Positions 25,080 to 35,776 of a DNA stretch of 64,000 bases are shown here, one piece after another (the stretch's first letter is position 1; the number at the start of each line of letters is the position of its first letter). This DNA is from Schizochytrium sp. TIO01. Lineage: Eukaryota; Protista; Bigyra: Labyrinthulomycetes. Made by a program: the position numbers and the translations under genes. The stretch is from the NCBI GenBank assembly GCA_004764695.1, contig SMSO01000032.1, forward strand, positions 2,790,001 to 2,854,000, given 5' to 3'. Under the pieces are notes generated by a model, which saw only the letters and a program-made list of their open reading frames with translations, was not told the DNA's origin and searched no databases.

Positions 25080-25629
25080 TATTTCTTTTAATTTTGAGAT
25101 TACGTTAGTAAACAATAACTGGATTATTATGGGTCAAGCCTTCTTCAAATTCAATTCCCTTTCTTCCCTTTTTATTAGCCACCTCTGTCGCATAAATAAA
25201 TAAAAAAAGACACCAACAAAGGTAACTATGAGATTCTGGTGCAACCATGGCCTTTTTAAAAAGAATGTAGACCAGTTCTAATACCATTGAGCAGAACTGT
25301 GAAATTACTCGTTCTTCATGTGGATTGAGGCTTGTTATTAGTACCTGCTCAGCAAATACCGTCTGAAAACCCCTGTAGGAATACATATCATCTAGGACCT
25401 ACTTGTTTATTCTTCAATTTTGAAAGGTATGAAATGCACTTGGTATATTGTTTATTAGAATAAATCGCATCTTGATCTCTTTCTCATCCTTGTTACTATA
25501 TGGATAAAAAGAAAAAAAAGTATATTTTAGAAATTTGCAAATTGGAGCTTCCTTTATTTTCTTCGGGTCAATTTGCGAAGCAGAAATCAAAACATTGTAT
25601 TTCTGCGGCTCCACTATTCCCATAATTGT

Positions 25630-26237
25630 TCAAAGAAGAGTTTCAACAAATGCAAGTAACTCAATCTCAAAAATTAACTCGCTATCCGGTGGAATACTGT
25701 ATATCATGTGCGGAGGAAAACGTCCAATAGAAAAACATTGTCAGCATACTTTGAATGATCTGTAGACGCAGAGATCCCCAAAACTTACATTGGTGGGTAT
25801 CCAGTGATTCCATATGCTTTTTCACTTGGGATAGTGACCCTGGCAATTTGGCCCCTGCTCATTCTGGGAATCATTTCCTCCCAGCCCTGAATAACCTGCA
25901 TCTCGCCGAGCTTGAACTCGAATGGCCTTCCGCGCTGACGGCTCGAATCGAAAAGTTTGTTGTTTCTTGCCAAGAAACCCTCGTAGTGCACGCGAACAGT
26001 ACATCCCTTCGTTGGATAATGAGTACTATCGCCAGGCCTGATAGTTTCTATGGTGCAGTTTAACTCTTCACCATCACTCTCTTCCTCTCCGATGGAATGA
26101 GAAGGCTCCAGCTGTTTGCCCGAGACCTCTTGGTTCTTTTCTACCTCCTTGTTATTCGAGGGTCCTTCGGATGACCCTGCTTCTGCTGTTTTGCCTGCAG
26201 GGACTTCATCCACGCGAGCACCTCGCCTTGCGTTCAT
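25630..26237 (-). CDS. FKBP-type peptidyl-prolyl isomerase; two exons (26237-25789, 25696-25630)
   Basis: VRVHYEG...FDSSRQRGRPFEFKLG...VIQGWEE...AYG..GYPP. A GTAAG donor at 25788 and CAG acceptor at 25697 restore IIPPDSELIFEIELL and a TGA stop. Start codon uncertain. Confidence 0.9.
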
Positions 26238-26875
26238 GCTGCGAGCGTCGTACACCGAACCAACTAAGTTTCTGTCGTTCTGTTTATATTTCTTCTTTGT
26301 TTGCTAGAGAGTCTCGCAAATCCAAATGCCAAAAGCTTTGCTGCACAGACCTAGTAGTTTTTGTCAAGCTCGACGTTTTCACTTTTGGCACAGCAAATCT
26401 GGGCCTAGATGTTTACTTGTCAACGGCTATGGTCATAGATTTCCCTCCCTTTTAATCTTGTGTGTTTTTATTTTAAATTAAAAAATTTAATAGGCCTATA
26501 ATAAAATAAACAATCAAATGTTATTTTAAATGTTGGATGCAAAATAGTAAGTAAGCGGGGAAAGATAAGGTTGAGTACATTGATACCTTTGCAATGCTAA
26601 AGAGATAAGCTGAGCTAGCGCGAGAAAGTAAATTGTTTCGTTGTTATACGTATTAATTAGTTGTACGTTTGTGTATGGGTGGCGTGAGGCGAGTTTAATG
26701 TTTAATTGACTGTACAGTAAGCGCTTGTGTGAAGCGTGGCATAGGGCTCACCATCATGGCAACCTGAGAGCGAAGAGATTTTGAAGTCACATAATCAGCA
26801 TCGTCAGCAAATGCAGAAGGTGTGAATTCCCTAAACACACAGCCAGGCATAGCAAATGAACAATCAAAGGTTCAA

Positions 26876-27997
26876 TTAGGACTGGTAGTCCTCCAGGAGT
26901 GTTTTCGCGACGTCCGGAGCAAGCATGGATTTGGGTGCGATCTCCAGGCGGAGTGACATATCATAAACCGCCATAACTGCCTGCGGGTAAATAAGAAGAT
27001 CATTGTTCGCCAGCAATGTGATTGCATTACGCACTCTCGCCATGACTACACGGCTCGCAGCGTCCACAGTCGTCTGCGCATGTTTGCGTTTGTCCTCCTC
27101 CATGAGCTCAGTCATGCGTGACCTGTCCAACATAGCAGCCCTCTCTTTCTCCGCATCCTCTTTGTCAGCCTCATCGTCTGAATCTTTAGCGTCTGTAAGC
27201 CCCGCCTTCTCAGCAGCTCTGAGAGTGGCCTTTGAAGACGCCTTCGAAGATGCCTTGGCTGCAGCTGGGGTCGTGAGCCAGATCTTACCGTTGAGACCGA
27301 AAATAGCCTCAATACCGCATGGGAGCGTAACAAAGTGCTGGCTGAGTCGCTTCATGAGACTCGAGGGCACGGTCACGATTTGGCCATTCTGAAGCTTTCC
27401 GTAACGCATACTTCTAGTGTGGATGGACATTCCACCGTGTTGGTAAAACGAGGAGACCTCAGCGCTAACAAGATCGTTTTCCACAAAGAGTTGACGCATC
27501 TGAAGCTGATCCTCGAGTGTTCGGCGACGAAGCGCTCCACCAGGAAGGTTGATGGAGCCGAGTTGGAGCGTGGCGAGCTGTCTGGCACCGAGATCAACTT
27601 TCCACTGCTTGTTGCCAACCTCCACAATTCGACCCACAACTACGTCACCAACGTTGCCACTGTAGCGGCTGCGAGGAGCTTCGACGGAAATGAGACGGTT
27701 CACGCGAGACACCACACCAGCCACGGAGGCCACAAGACGAGCGGAGGCACGAGACCCGTCTTCATCTTGCTCAAGAACGGGGCCATCATCATCTTCATCA
27801 TCCCCATCATCATCGCCAAGAGCCTCTAGATAGGTACCATGGCCACGGAGGAAGCCGGAGCCACGAGTTATTTCCTCACCTGGAACAACAAGAAGACGAG
27901 AGTCTTCGAGAGCACCGCCGTCAAGGTTAAGGAGATCACCATCATCGCCGTCGTCATTCGAAACCGAGACCATGCCGCCGTGGATTGAGGCAGACAT
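26876..27997 (-). CDS. RRP4: Exosome complex component RRP4 (EXOSC2)
   Basis: VVPGEEI...FLRGHGTY, VASVAGVV..VNRLISV, RYSGNVGDVVVGRI, NLPGGALRRR, YGKLQNG, GLNGKIW. Likely start is MSASIHGG at 27997. Confidence 0.93.
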   Translation of the reverse strand: MSASIHGGMVSVSNDDGDDGDLLNLDGGALEDSRLLVVPGEEITRGSGFLRGHGTYLEALGDDDGDDEDDDGPVLEQDEDGSRASARLVASVAGVVSRVNRLISVEAPRSRYSGNVGDVVVGRIVEVGNKQWKVDLGARQLATLQLGSINLPGGALRRRTLEDQLQMRQLFVENDLVSAEVSSFYQHGGMSIHTRSMRYGKLQNGQIVTVPSSLMKRLSQHFVTLPCGIEAIFGLNGKIWLTTPAAAKASSKASSKATLRAAEKAGLTDAKDSDDEADKEDAEKERAAMLDRSRMTELMEEDKRKHAQTTVDAASRVVMARVRNAITLLANNDLLIYPQAVMAVYDMSLRLEIAPKSMLAPDVAKTLLEDYQS

Positions 27998-28512
27998 GGT
28001 TTCACGGGGAAATGAGATACCTAAATAGACACAACGATAGTGACAACGTCGCAGCCAGCAGAACTGGGAGAAGGGCGAAGGAATAGGCTCAAGGCGCGAC
28101 GCACCTGGAGCAGGATTGGCCGCCGTGCTCTGTGCGCCTGCCATAGATGAGGAAGTGGGCTAAGAAAGGAAATGGTCTATTGAAGAGATTTGGGGTTCTG
28201 CAAAACTATGAGTATTTATACGCTGTTTGTAATACTTTCTAGTTTTAGAATAGGCGTGCCGGTGGAATTTGGGCACAGGCCGAGAGGCTGAAGAAGGTCT
28301 CGCAAGGACTGGCTTAAAACGTAAAAAGTCCTTAGAACCTTGAATGAAGAAGAGCTTTGGATCTGCGTAGGCGATTTATTTTCCAGGAGGAAAGGAGGAA
28401 GCCAGGAAAGGAGAGTACATGGTTGGAGAAAGTGAGCTTGGAAAAAGAAGTTAGGATGAGATAAGAGCAAGGATATTATGAAAGAAAAAGGATATCCTAG
28501 GCAGCGGTAGTT

Positions 28513-28570
28513 AAACTTCGAAGTTTGTTTGGGAGAATCATCAACGTCGATGATGGAAAATCGACGTTGA
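28513..28570. promoter_or_regulatory. Palindromes in the divergent RRP4/glutaredoxin promoter
   Basis: AAACTTCGAAGTTT perfect palindrome at 28513-28526; TCAACGTCGAT-N8-ATCGACGTTGA at 28541-28570. Regulatory role is inferred. Confidence 0.35.
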
Positions 28571-28702
28571 GTCCGAAAGCAAACCTACAACTGAATTGAC
28601 ACCATCGACTTTCGAGACAGCGAGTGGAGAATAGCAAAAACCCTTGACAAGCTCGAGTCTACAAATTTTACGTTTACGAAGAAACTTTAACTACACGGCA
28701 AG

Positions 28703-28996
28703 ATGGCAACGGTTTACTGCAAGGACATGTGCAGGTACTGCGTCATGGCCAAGGACTTTCTTAAGGAGCACAACATCCCTTTCGAGGAGATCAAGCTCGA
28801 CATGGAGGCTGAGGGCTACGCGGAGCAGCGTGACAAGCTCATTGAGCGGAGCAACGGCCACAAAACCTTCCCTTGGGTCTTTGTCAAAGAGGAGTTTGTG
28901 GGTGGCTACACGGATCTCGTCCATGCGTACAACACCCAGACGCTCCACCAGATGCTCCAGAAGTCTGGCGTGACCATTGAGGAGCCTGACTTTTAA
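28703..28996 (+). CDS. Glutaredoxin (dithiol, CRYC)
   Basis: VYCKDMCRYCVMAK, TFPWVFV (cis-Pro motif), GGYTDL. Confidence 0.9.
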   Translation: MATVYCKDMCRYCVMAKDFLKEHNIPFEEIKLDMEAEGYAEQRDKLIERSNGHKTFPWVFVKEEFVGGYTDLVHAYNTQTLHQMLQKSGVTIEEPDF

Positions 28997-29683
28997 GCCA
29001 AGTTGAAGACAGGTTATACCAATCAATTACTCAATGGGTCACTGCTATTATGCTCGTTATCTTTTATAGGCTCACATCTGGCTGGCCTTCCATGTTTTGT
29101 TTACAACACTTTATGCTAATCACCACCGTCTAGTAGCCAGCTTCACGCGTTCAGATGCTTCAAGAATGCGTGAGAACCCTCATTGAAAGATGAAGGGTTT
29201 ATGCTCGTCCCTAACGCTTTATGCACCTCTATGTCTAGGGTTCTATGTAGTAGTTTAATCTCTCACATCATCACCATCATCATCATCAACAACAACAACA
29301 ACAACAACAACAACAAGCACACATAAACGAGATATCATTATTGCCTCCGCTCTGTCTGAACATGGCTTTTGATGATGAATCCTTTTCCATTACCCATTTC
29401 CAAACATACACTGATGTTTTTTTGCTCCTGGAAAGAACAATCAATCGAATATAAAAAACTAGGTCTTAGTTAAAAAAGTGAAGTTTTGCTTTGTTATAAT
29501 CTCTTTAGGCTAGATAAAGCCTGGTGACCAAGTTCTTGCTGAGAGACATGATCACACTGATACAGAAACAGTCATTCAAGGAAAATAAATCGAACAGGAC
29601 GAACCATTTGCCAGGTGTGAGTAAATAAATATAGGATTGGATGAACATTTATGGACGCACCCTTGGGCATCATAAGAGAGTTC

Positions 29684-30814
29684 TCAATTGCAAATATTCA
29701 GGAGGGTCTCTACACAAGCTTCCCGCTTCCAACGTTGTGCAAGCTCCAAGGCTGTATGACCCCCTTGTGATGACTTGCAGGATGTATCAGCACCCTTTCG
29801 CAATAACTCTTTGACGCACCCATCAAAGCCCTGGACGCAAGCATGCATGAGTGGCGTTGCGCCGTCCACATCTTGTAAGTTAATAAAGTCCTCAGCGCCG
29901 GATAAGCTTAGCAAGGTGGCCACTGTAGATGCATTGCCTTCACGACTCGCTACATGTAGAGGGTGACGCAGGTTATTGTCGAGGAGCTTGCTGGGCTCTG
30001 GAAGTCCTTCGATCTTAGCAAGCTCGCGCAGAAACTCATCCTGGGCATGTGCTGCAGCCTCGTGCCAGAGAGTTGTTCCCGAAGAATCGCGAGCGATCGT
30101 CGGATCGAGTGTAGCACCATGTTCCACGAGCACCTTGAGTACCTCAAGGAATCCCCCCATAGCTGCCGCATGCACTGGTCTCCTCTTGTTCCGATTCTCC
30201 AGATTGGGTTCTGCACCAACATTCAGTAGTTTTCGAACCAAGTCCACATTGCCATTACGTACTGCAAGGTAGAGTGGCGCACTGCCCTCGCGATTGCGCT
30301 CGTGCACGAGTTCTGCGTTGCGGTCAACCAAAATGCTAGCAGCCTCAAGATGACCCTTTTCGCAAGCATACATGAGTGGTGTCCAGTCGTTAAACTTTGT
30401 GGCATCCAATGGAGCTCCGGCATTTGCAAGGAGTAAAATTGTCACTGTATCGTTTGAGGCAGCTGCATCGTGCAAAGGTGTTTTGTGAAGTGAGTTGACA
30501 GGAGCTATATCGACTTTGCAATCTCGAACAAGCCAAGTGGCCACGTCTGATGCAGCTCCTTGAGCAGCTCGGTGCAAAAGCGTGCTTCCAGCTCCATCTT
30601 TCACAGTTCTAGCAAGCTCCAAGAGTGTCTGGTCACCAGCGTTGCTGTGGACAGTCCCAGTTGCTTGGCTGGAATCGGGAATGAGATCAGGGGAGTGACT
30701 CGATAGCGAAGCATGCTCAGCAGCAATTTTGGCAAGTTGCGCCTTTAGCTTAGTAAGATCGTTGCGCTCAGCTAGGGTGCATAGTAGTCGACGACGGCCC
30801 TTTGAGAGCTCCAT
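29684..30814 (-). CDS. Ankyrin-repeat protein
   Basis: About 9 repeats, including TLLHRAA, TPLHDAA, TPLMYAC..GH, APLYLAV..GN, HPLHVAS..GN and TPLMHAC. Confidence 0.92.
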   Translation of the reverse strand: MELSKGRRRLLCTLAERNDLTKLKAQLAKIAAEHASLSSHSPDLIPDSSQATGTVHSNAGDQTLLELARTVKDGAGSTLLHRAAQGAASDVATWLVRDCKVDIAPVNSLHKTPLHDAAASNDTVTILLLANAGAPLDATKFNDWTPLMYACEKGHLEAASILVDRNAELVHERNREGSAPLYLAVRNGNVDLVRKLLNVGAEPNLENRNKRRPVHAAAMGGFLEVLKVLVEHGATLDPTIARDSSGTTLWHEAAAHAQDEFLRELAKIEGLPEPSKLLDNNLRHPLHVASREGNASTVATLLSLSGAEDFINLQDVDGATPLMHACVQGFDGCVKELLRKGADTSCKSSQGGHTALELAQRWKREACVETLLNICN

Positions 30815-31333
30815 GGCCTATGCAGTTATTCTTTCTCAGATTCATGGTTTACTCGCGCGTTCATGGTCATTGAATCACTTAAATTTGCAGTATAGGTAGT
30901 ACTACTACCACCCTACTACTCCAGCTAAGGTGGAATTGTAAAAACATATTGAGTCTCATCAATTGTGGTAATTTAGCTACCATGCTTGAAAAAAGAAGAA
31001 ACCTAATTATCAAACAAAATGCAGAGACTCACGAACCATATGAAACCATTTTAGTTGCGTCACGTGCTGCAATGGTTGCGGTTAGAGAAGAAAAGTTTTT
31101 ATCATAAAAGTCTGAAGATTTTGGGGACCTTATTTTTTATCGCCATCAAAAAAGTTGGTTTCAAGTGACGATGAAGTAAGGAAGAGAGAGTTGTTGAAAA
31201 GGTACAAAAGCAAATAGTGGCTGTGAAAATAGGTTATAGGTCTAAAAGATTCAGAGTTTGCGTGGCAATATGAAAACGTATACGAAGAAAGTATCAGTGT
31301 TGGGGCTCAAGTTCTGAGACGGTTTAGGCTAAT

Positions 31334-33967
31334 TTAAAGTACAGTAAGCAATCCTTGGGAACCTGAATTGGCACTATCACATGAATCTCTAGAAGAAGAG
31401 GAAGAAAATGTAGATAAACGTGGATCCCTAGTATCCGCTGAAGACGTGTGCGATATAGGCAGTCGAGAATATGCGTTCGAACTCGTCAATGATGGAAAAT
31501 GCACATCGAGGAGTCTACGACGAGAACGTGGGCTATAAAATGCGTCGCTATTACCATCGGAATTATCATCACCAAACATTATGTCCATTTCAGTACGGGT
31601 ATCATCATTAAAGCTACAATGACTACCTTCCGAAGTAGGTATCAACATGCTTGTAGCATCAGCAGGGGCATATGCAAACCTTTTGTGCAGTTCACTATTG
31701 CGATGTTCTTTGAATGGAACAGAATCAGGCGTTCCGCAAAAGCAAAGTAAAATGAAAAGAGCCAAACCACACAGTGCAGTTGCAACACATGATACGATGG
31801 CGAATGTGTGTGCTGGGCCGAAACTCAAACACAACTGGTTATCTATGCACTCTGCATTGAGACCCTCCAGAAACGAATTCGAAGGGGGTGCAGCGCCTAG
31901 CACGGTTGACTGCTCAGTATTGACAATGGCAAGCTGCATAAGTCGAGTTTGAGTCAGAAACACCAAGGCAAGGGTTTTGAAGATTGCAGCAAGAACTACT
32001 ACAAACGAGGTCATCATCAGAGAGAGTCTTGTCTTACGAAAAACAGTGCACACAAGCATGATGCAACCTAAAAAACTCAGAAATGAACCGAATATCCAAA
32101 AGGCCTGAGAGAAAGCAAATTTGGGGTCGTGCTGATTCTTCATTTCAAGTTGGTCAGAGCATTCGTTCTTAAGATCATCGAGAGAGCGAATGTCTGACCC
32201 ATAATAAGCACTAGCGATGTCCATGGAGTTCTCCAACGATACGCAGGCGGTCTTATTAAAGTACTGGAGCTCCTCACAGGGTTCGATTATCCGCAACAAC
32301 AGGATATTTGCATCGCTTTCTCCGCTCATACTGACAAGGTAATGACGCAAAGTGCAACTACTACGCATGGAATTCATACAGAGCCTCTGTGATTCCAAAG
32401 GATTTGAGCCGCGCTGGCATGTAGAACCTGTGAAACCTACAAGATCGCGGATTTCATCGTAAGTGAACTTATGGCAAAGAGGAAAGGGGTCATCCAGAGA
32501 ATGTGGCCATTTCGACTCTGACAAGTTTCCAATAAAAGCGTCAATACACTCCTCAAATGATAGCGTCCCTTCGCAGTTTTCATGAAAGAGGAAACTCTCT
32601 ACAAAAGAAGCCTCTGACTGAAAGTATCGTTGCGCACCACACAATGAACCGATAAAAACACGATTGGCTATTAAAGCAATATCATCAGGAGAAACGTCAC
32701 ATTCAGCTGAATCGCACCTGGAATTTTCTAGGCTTTTATTAGCCTTTGCAGAGGAAAATTTCCAACGCTCAGGAGTCGTGCACCAAGAAGAAGGCTCACC
32801 ATTGAAGTTGGAGTCAAAGAGATGTACTACTTCATCAAGTTTTTCATCAATGAAATCAGATATTGGGTATGCATACCCCTTTTGAATTGAAAATAACACC
32901 GCTGCAAGAGGACACTTGTCACTGGCCTGTTTATGTGTTTGCAGAAGACTTGCGGATCGAAAGGCCAAACACAGGGGGTGATCGCGACTCGACGCATATA
33001 CAGTGTTTTGAAGAGGGGTAACCTTTGAAATTGTTGCAAGAGATAGCGCACTTACACACTCGATATACGAAGTGAGAAAGTTGTGGTCTGTAGTTTCCAT
33101 CGCTAAACGAAAGATTTCTTGGTCAGAAACGCTGGAAGTCACAGTAAATGTGAATTGGATTGCAATGTTGAAGTACAATTGCTTTGTGTAGTCCTGTATT
33201 TGCTTTATCGCAACTGAGCATGCAACTGGATCATAGTGTTGTTTGCATACGACACCTTCAGAAGCTAGTTTAGTGAGCTTGGCACTCCGCAATACCACGT
33301 ATGCAAGTTGACCACGAACATCTTCCTCTCCGATAGGAGGTGAGCCATCTATTATCGTGAGCAAACCTTTGAGCGTAACCCGTGAGATGTGCATGACGTA
33401 CATCCAAAGAATGCGAATCAAGTTTCCAGTGTAAATATCCTGCATGTTTTTGAGCAGCTGAGATTGATAGAGTTCATACTCCTTTTTAAGAAGATGTTCG
33501 AGTGAATCTACAGCTTGAGAGGGTCTAGGATCTCTTAGCATTGCGGATGCAATGTCATGTGTCCACAACACCTGACACCTTGATGGAGAAGCACTTGCAA
33601 TCTCTGCTGACCGTCCTAACAACGCCCCATTTGAGAGGTCCCATGCAGATTTTGAACCAAATGCCTCAGCGCTAGCTATCTTCATGGGCTGGAGATCATC
33701 AAAAACTGTCGGTAGTGCAACACGATCTGGTTCTAGTTCCGTGATATTAGAAGAATTTCCTTGTGGAATTTGAGTGTCAGACGCCAAACACGTTGAGGCG
33801 ATTTCCGTTGTAAACAGACCGACCATGACAAATGGCCTTGCCGCGTCTGGGCAGTGTGGAGATAGCGTGAGGTAAAACCAGGACCCAGCGACAGCGTCAT
33901 AGACGCCTAGAGCAAGCCCAAACCAAATTAAGAAGCCAAGCAGGGCACCTGGACAAACCTGTCTCAT
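31334..33967 (-). CDS. Four-TM membrane protein with very large Cys-rich first loop (claudin/PMP22-like topology), paralog A
   Basis: 877-aa ORF: N-terminal TM, GLF motif, ~600-aa Cys-rich loop, three C-terminal TMs, Ser-rich tail. Clear paralogy with 35777..38458. Confidence 0.8.
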   Translation of the reverse strand: MRQVCPGALLGFLIWFGLALGVYDAVAGSWFYLTLSPHCPDAARPFVMVGLFTTEIASTCLASDTQIPQGNSSNITELEPDRVALPTVFDDLQPMKIASAEAFGSKSAWDLSNGALLGRSAEIASASPSRCQVLWTHDIASAMLRDPRPSQAVDSLEHLLKKEYELYQSQLLKNMQDIYTGNLIRILWMYVMHISRVTLKGLLTIIDGSPPIGEEDVRGQLAYVVLRSAKLTKLASEGVVCKQHYDPVACSVAIKQIQDYTKQLYFNIAIQFTFTVTSSVSDQEIFRLAMETTDHNFLTSYIECVSALSLATISKVTPLQNTVYASSRDHPLCLAFRSASLLQTHKQASDKCPLAAVLFSIQKGYAYPISDFIDEKLDEVVHLFDSNFNGEPSSWCTTPERWKFSSAKANKSLENSRCDSAECDVSPDDIALIANRVFIGSLCGAQRYFQSEASFVESFLFHENCEGTLSFEECIDAFIGNLSESKWPHSLDDPFPLCHKFTYDEIRDLVGFTGSTCQRGSNPLESQRLCMNSMRSSCTLRHYLVSMSGESDANILLLRIIEPCEELQYFNKTACVSLENSMDIASAYYGSDIRSLDDLKNECSDQLEMKNQHDPKFAFSQAFWIFGSFLSFLGCIMLVCTVFRKTRLSLMMTSFVVVLAAIFKTLALVFLTQTRLMQLAIVNTEQSTVLGAAPPSNSFLEGLNAECIDNQLCLSFGPAHTFAIVSCVATALCGLALFILLCFCGTPDSVPFKEHRNSELHKRFAYAPADATSMLIPTSEGSHCSFNDDTRTEMDIMFGDDNSDGNSDAFYSPRSRRRLLDVHFPSLTSSNAYSRLPISHTSSADTRDPRLSTFSSSSSRDSCDSANSGSQGLLTVL

Positions 33968-34129
33968 CCCAAGCCAGGAGCTACACGCTCCGAGCGTGTA
34001 GCCCAGCGACCGCAGAAGTTGTGTTGTACCACTATAGCAAGTATATTAAAAATACAAAGCAACTTAGAGCACCTTATTGGCTCTGTTTTAAGCAGCAGTA
34101 GTATCACCTTTGTAAGACAGCGAGGTCAC

Positions 34130-35070
34130 TTATTCACAATCCGAGCAATCCCGATCTCTCCTTCCACCAAGTTTCGTCCAGGCAAGGCAACCCCGAAGAC
34201 CTGCTATCAGGCCTTGGCATCGCCGTGAGGTCAGCGACTGTGAATACGTTGCCGCTGATTCTGCTTTGCTCCAGTGTGAGTGAGTCAGAGCGAGTGTGAG
34301 TGGGTGAAGGAATTATATGATTAGTGAGCAAAGTGCAATTGTGAACAAAGAAAGGAGAAAAGAAGAGACAAAATAAATAAGTGGGCCTAGTAGCAGCTAA
34401 GCTGCTAGTGCTAAATCAAAAGTAAAATCTCAAGCTGGTTCGAAGCTAGTTGAGGGCTCTAAAGCTGTTGGGTATTTTATGCCATTGACACTGCACCAAG
34501 TAGCAAGTCTTGGGTGTTGCCAGACACTTGGTTATCTAATGCAAGCGTATCACATCAATATTATGTTGGACTAGGCCAGCAGAAGGACAACTTTTCTTGA
34601 GAAGTCCTGGCAAAACTCGAGTATGAGCTGATGATGTGGCTGGGAGCTGCTTCTTCGAGTACCTAGATGGCGAGCGAGTGCAATTTGGACGAATGCTGGT
34701 CTGCACATGTGTAGGAAATACCACGCACATGAAATGAGTGAAAATACTTCATGACGGCATGCACAACACGAAGCAGAGGATAACCCCGCACATACGCACT
34801 GGAGAGGGAATCGTAGACGTAGAAGACTTGAAAGTACAGGGACTGCTGTAATGAGGATGGATTTGTTAATGCGTTCCCTCCCTCTCCCAGAATTAATTAG
34901 ACAAATTATAGTATTGGCAGGTACACTTGAATTCCAGCTGGAGTGTTTTTTGGGGCATGGCGCAATCAGATTGGGCCAATCCGCCTTCAGGTAGAAACAC
35001 TTCAAAAGTGAAACGATCTCTGAAGTGAAAACCCGCAAGGCATGCAAAGTGGTGCCGCTAATCAAGCTAG
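34130..35070 (-). pseudogene. Kinase relic, TKL-like (III-XI)
   Basis: 164-aa ORF: FTSEIVSLLK...WPNLI (III-IV), ISCAWYFLHMCRPAFVQ (YLH..PxIVH), CQDFSRK (DFGxSR); downstream PDSRSSGLPCLDETWW (XI). Confidence 0.65.
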
Positions 35071-35776
35071 CTAGATCTTTCCTATCTAGGATAGGTCATC
35101 CTAATATCAGACGTTACTGTTCAATACTCTGAATCGAGCCCCACAATGTTCTGGCAGAACCACGAGAACAACTTTTCAACCACTGCCAGTATTTTAGGGC
35201 ACGATAATGGCAAAGGGTGATTCGTCTTTTGGCAATGTTGAATAGAAAAGTGTACTGTATGACAGACAGACATCATGACCTACCAAATTAAGCAACTCGA
35301 GGGAAGACACTTTTCTTCCTTCAGTGGTTAGGGTGCCTAGTAGAAAGGTACTGAAGCTTTCTTGCTCTGCCTAACTAGCGCCAGAAGCGAATTGTGTAAT
35401 GCATGATACTGTTTTAGATAGCATACAAAGAATCATGTGCGAGAAAGTCAAGTGGTAGATGCAATTTATTTTGAAGATCGAACGCAGATAGTGTGTTAAA
35501 TCTGCAGGTTGAAAATAATTGAGATGTTGCTAATCGAAGCAACTCTTCAAAACTTTGATAATATATCAATCAATATAAGCCATAATTTATTTTGGAGGTA
35601 AGAAGTTAATCATCAACTCATAGATAACGCCAATGCGGTATGAGAAACCTGAGGGGGGGGGGGGTGTAAATTCATGGACAAAATAAATGAAGGCAGAGCT
35701 GACCTTAGAGTACAATCTGCAAACAAAATCATGAGAAGAGTTTCATACAAGTAAATAAATGGACAAAGCGAGGAGT

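Noticed and set aside
25105-25390. Kinase-like words (SMVLELV, MVAPE); similar weak cases at 28216-28470, 39583-39939 and 41780-42260
   Set aside because: Spacing is inconsistent or motifs are too few; left for HMM testing.
27998-28144. N-terminal extension of RRP4
   Set aside because: Not RRP4-like; the downstream ATG at 27997 fits the family, so this is probably UTR.
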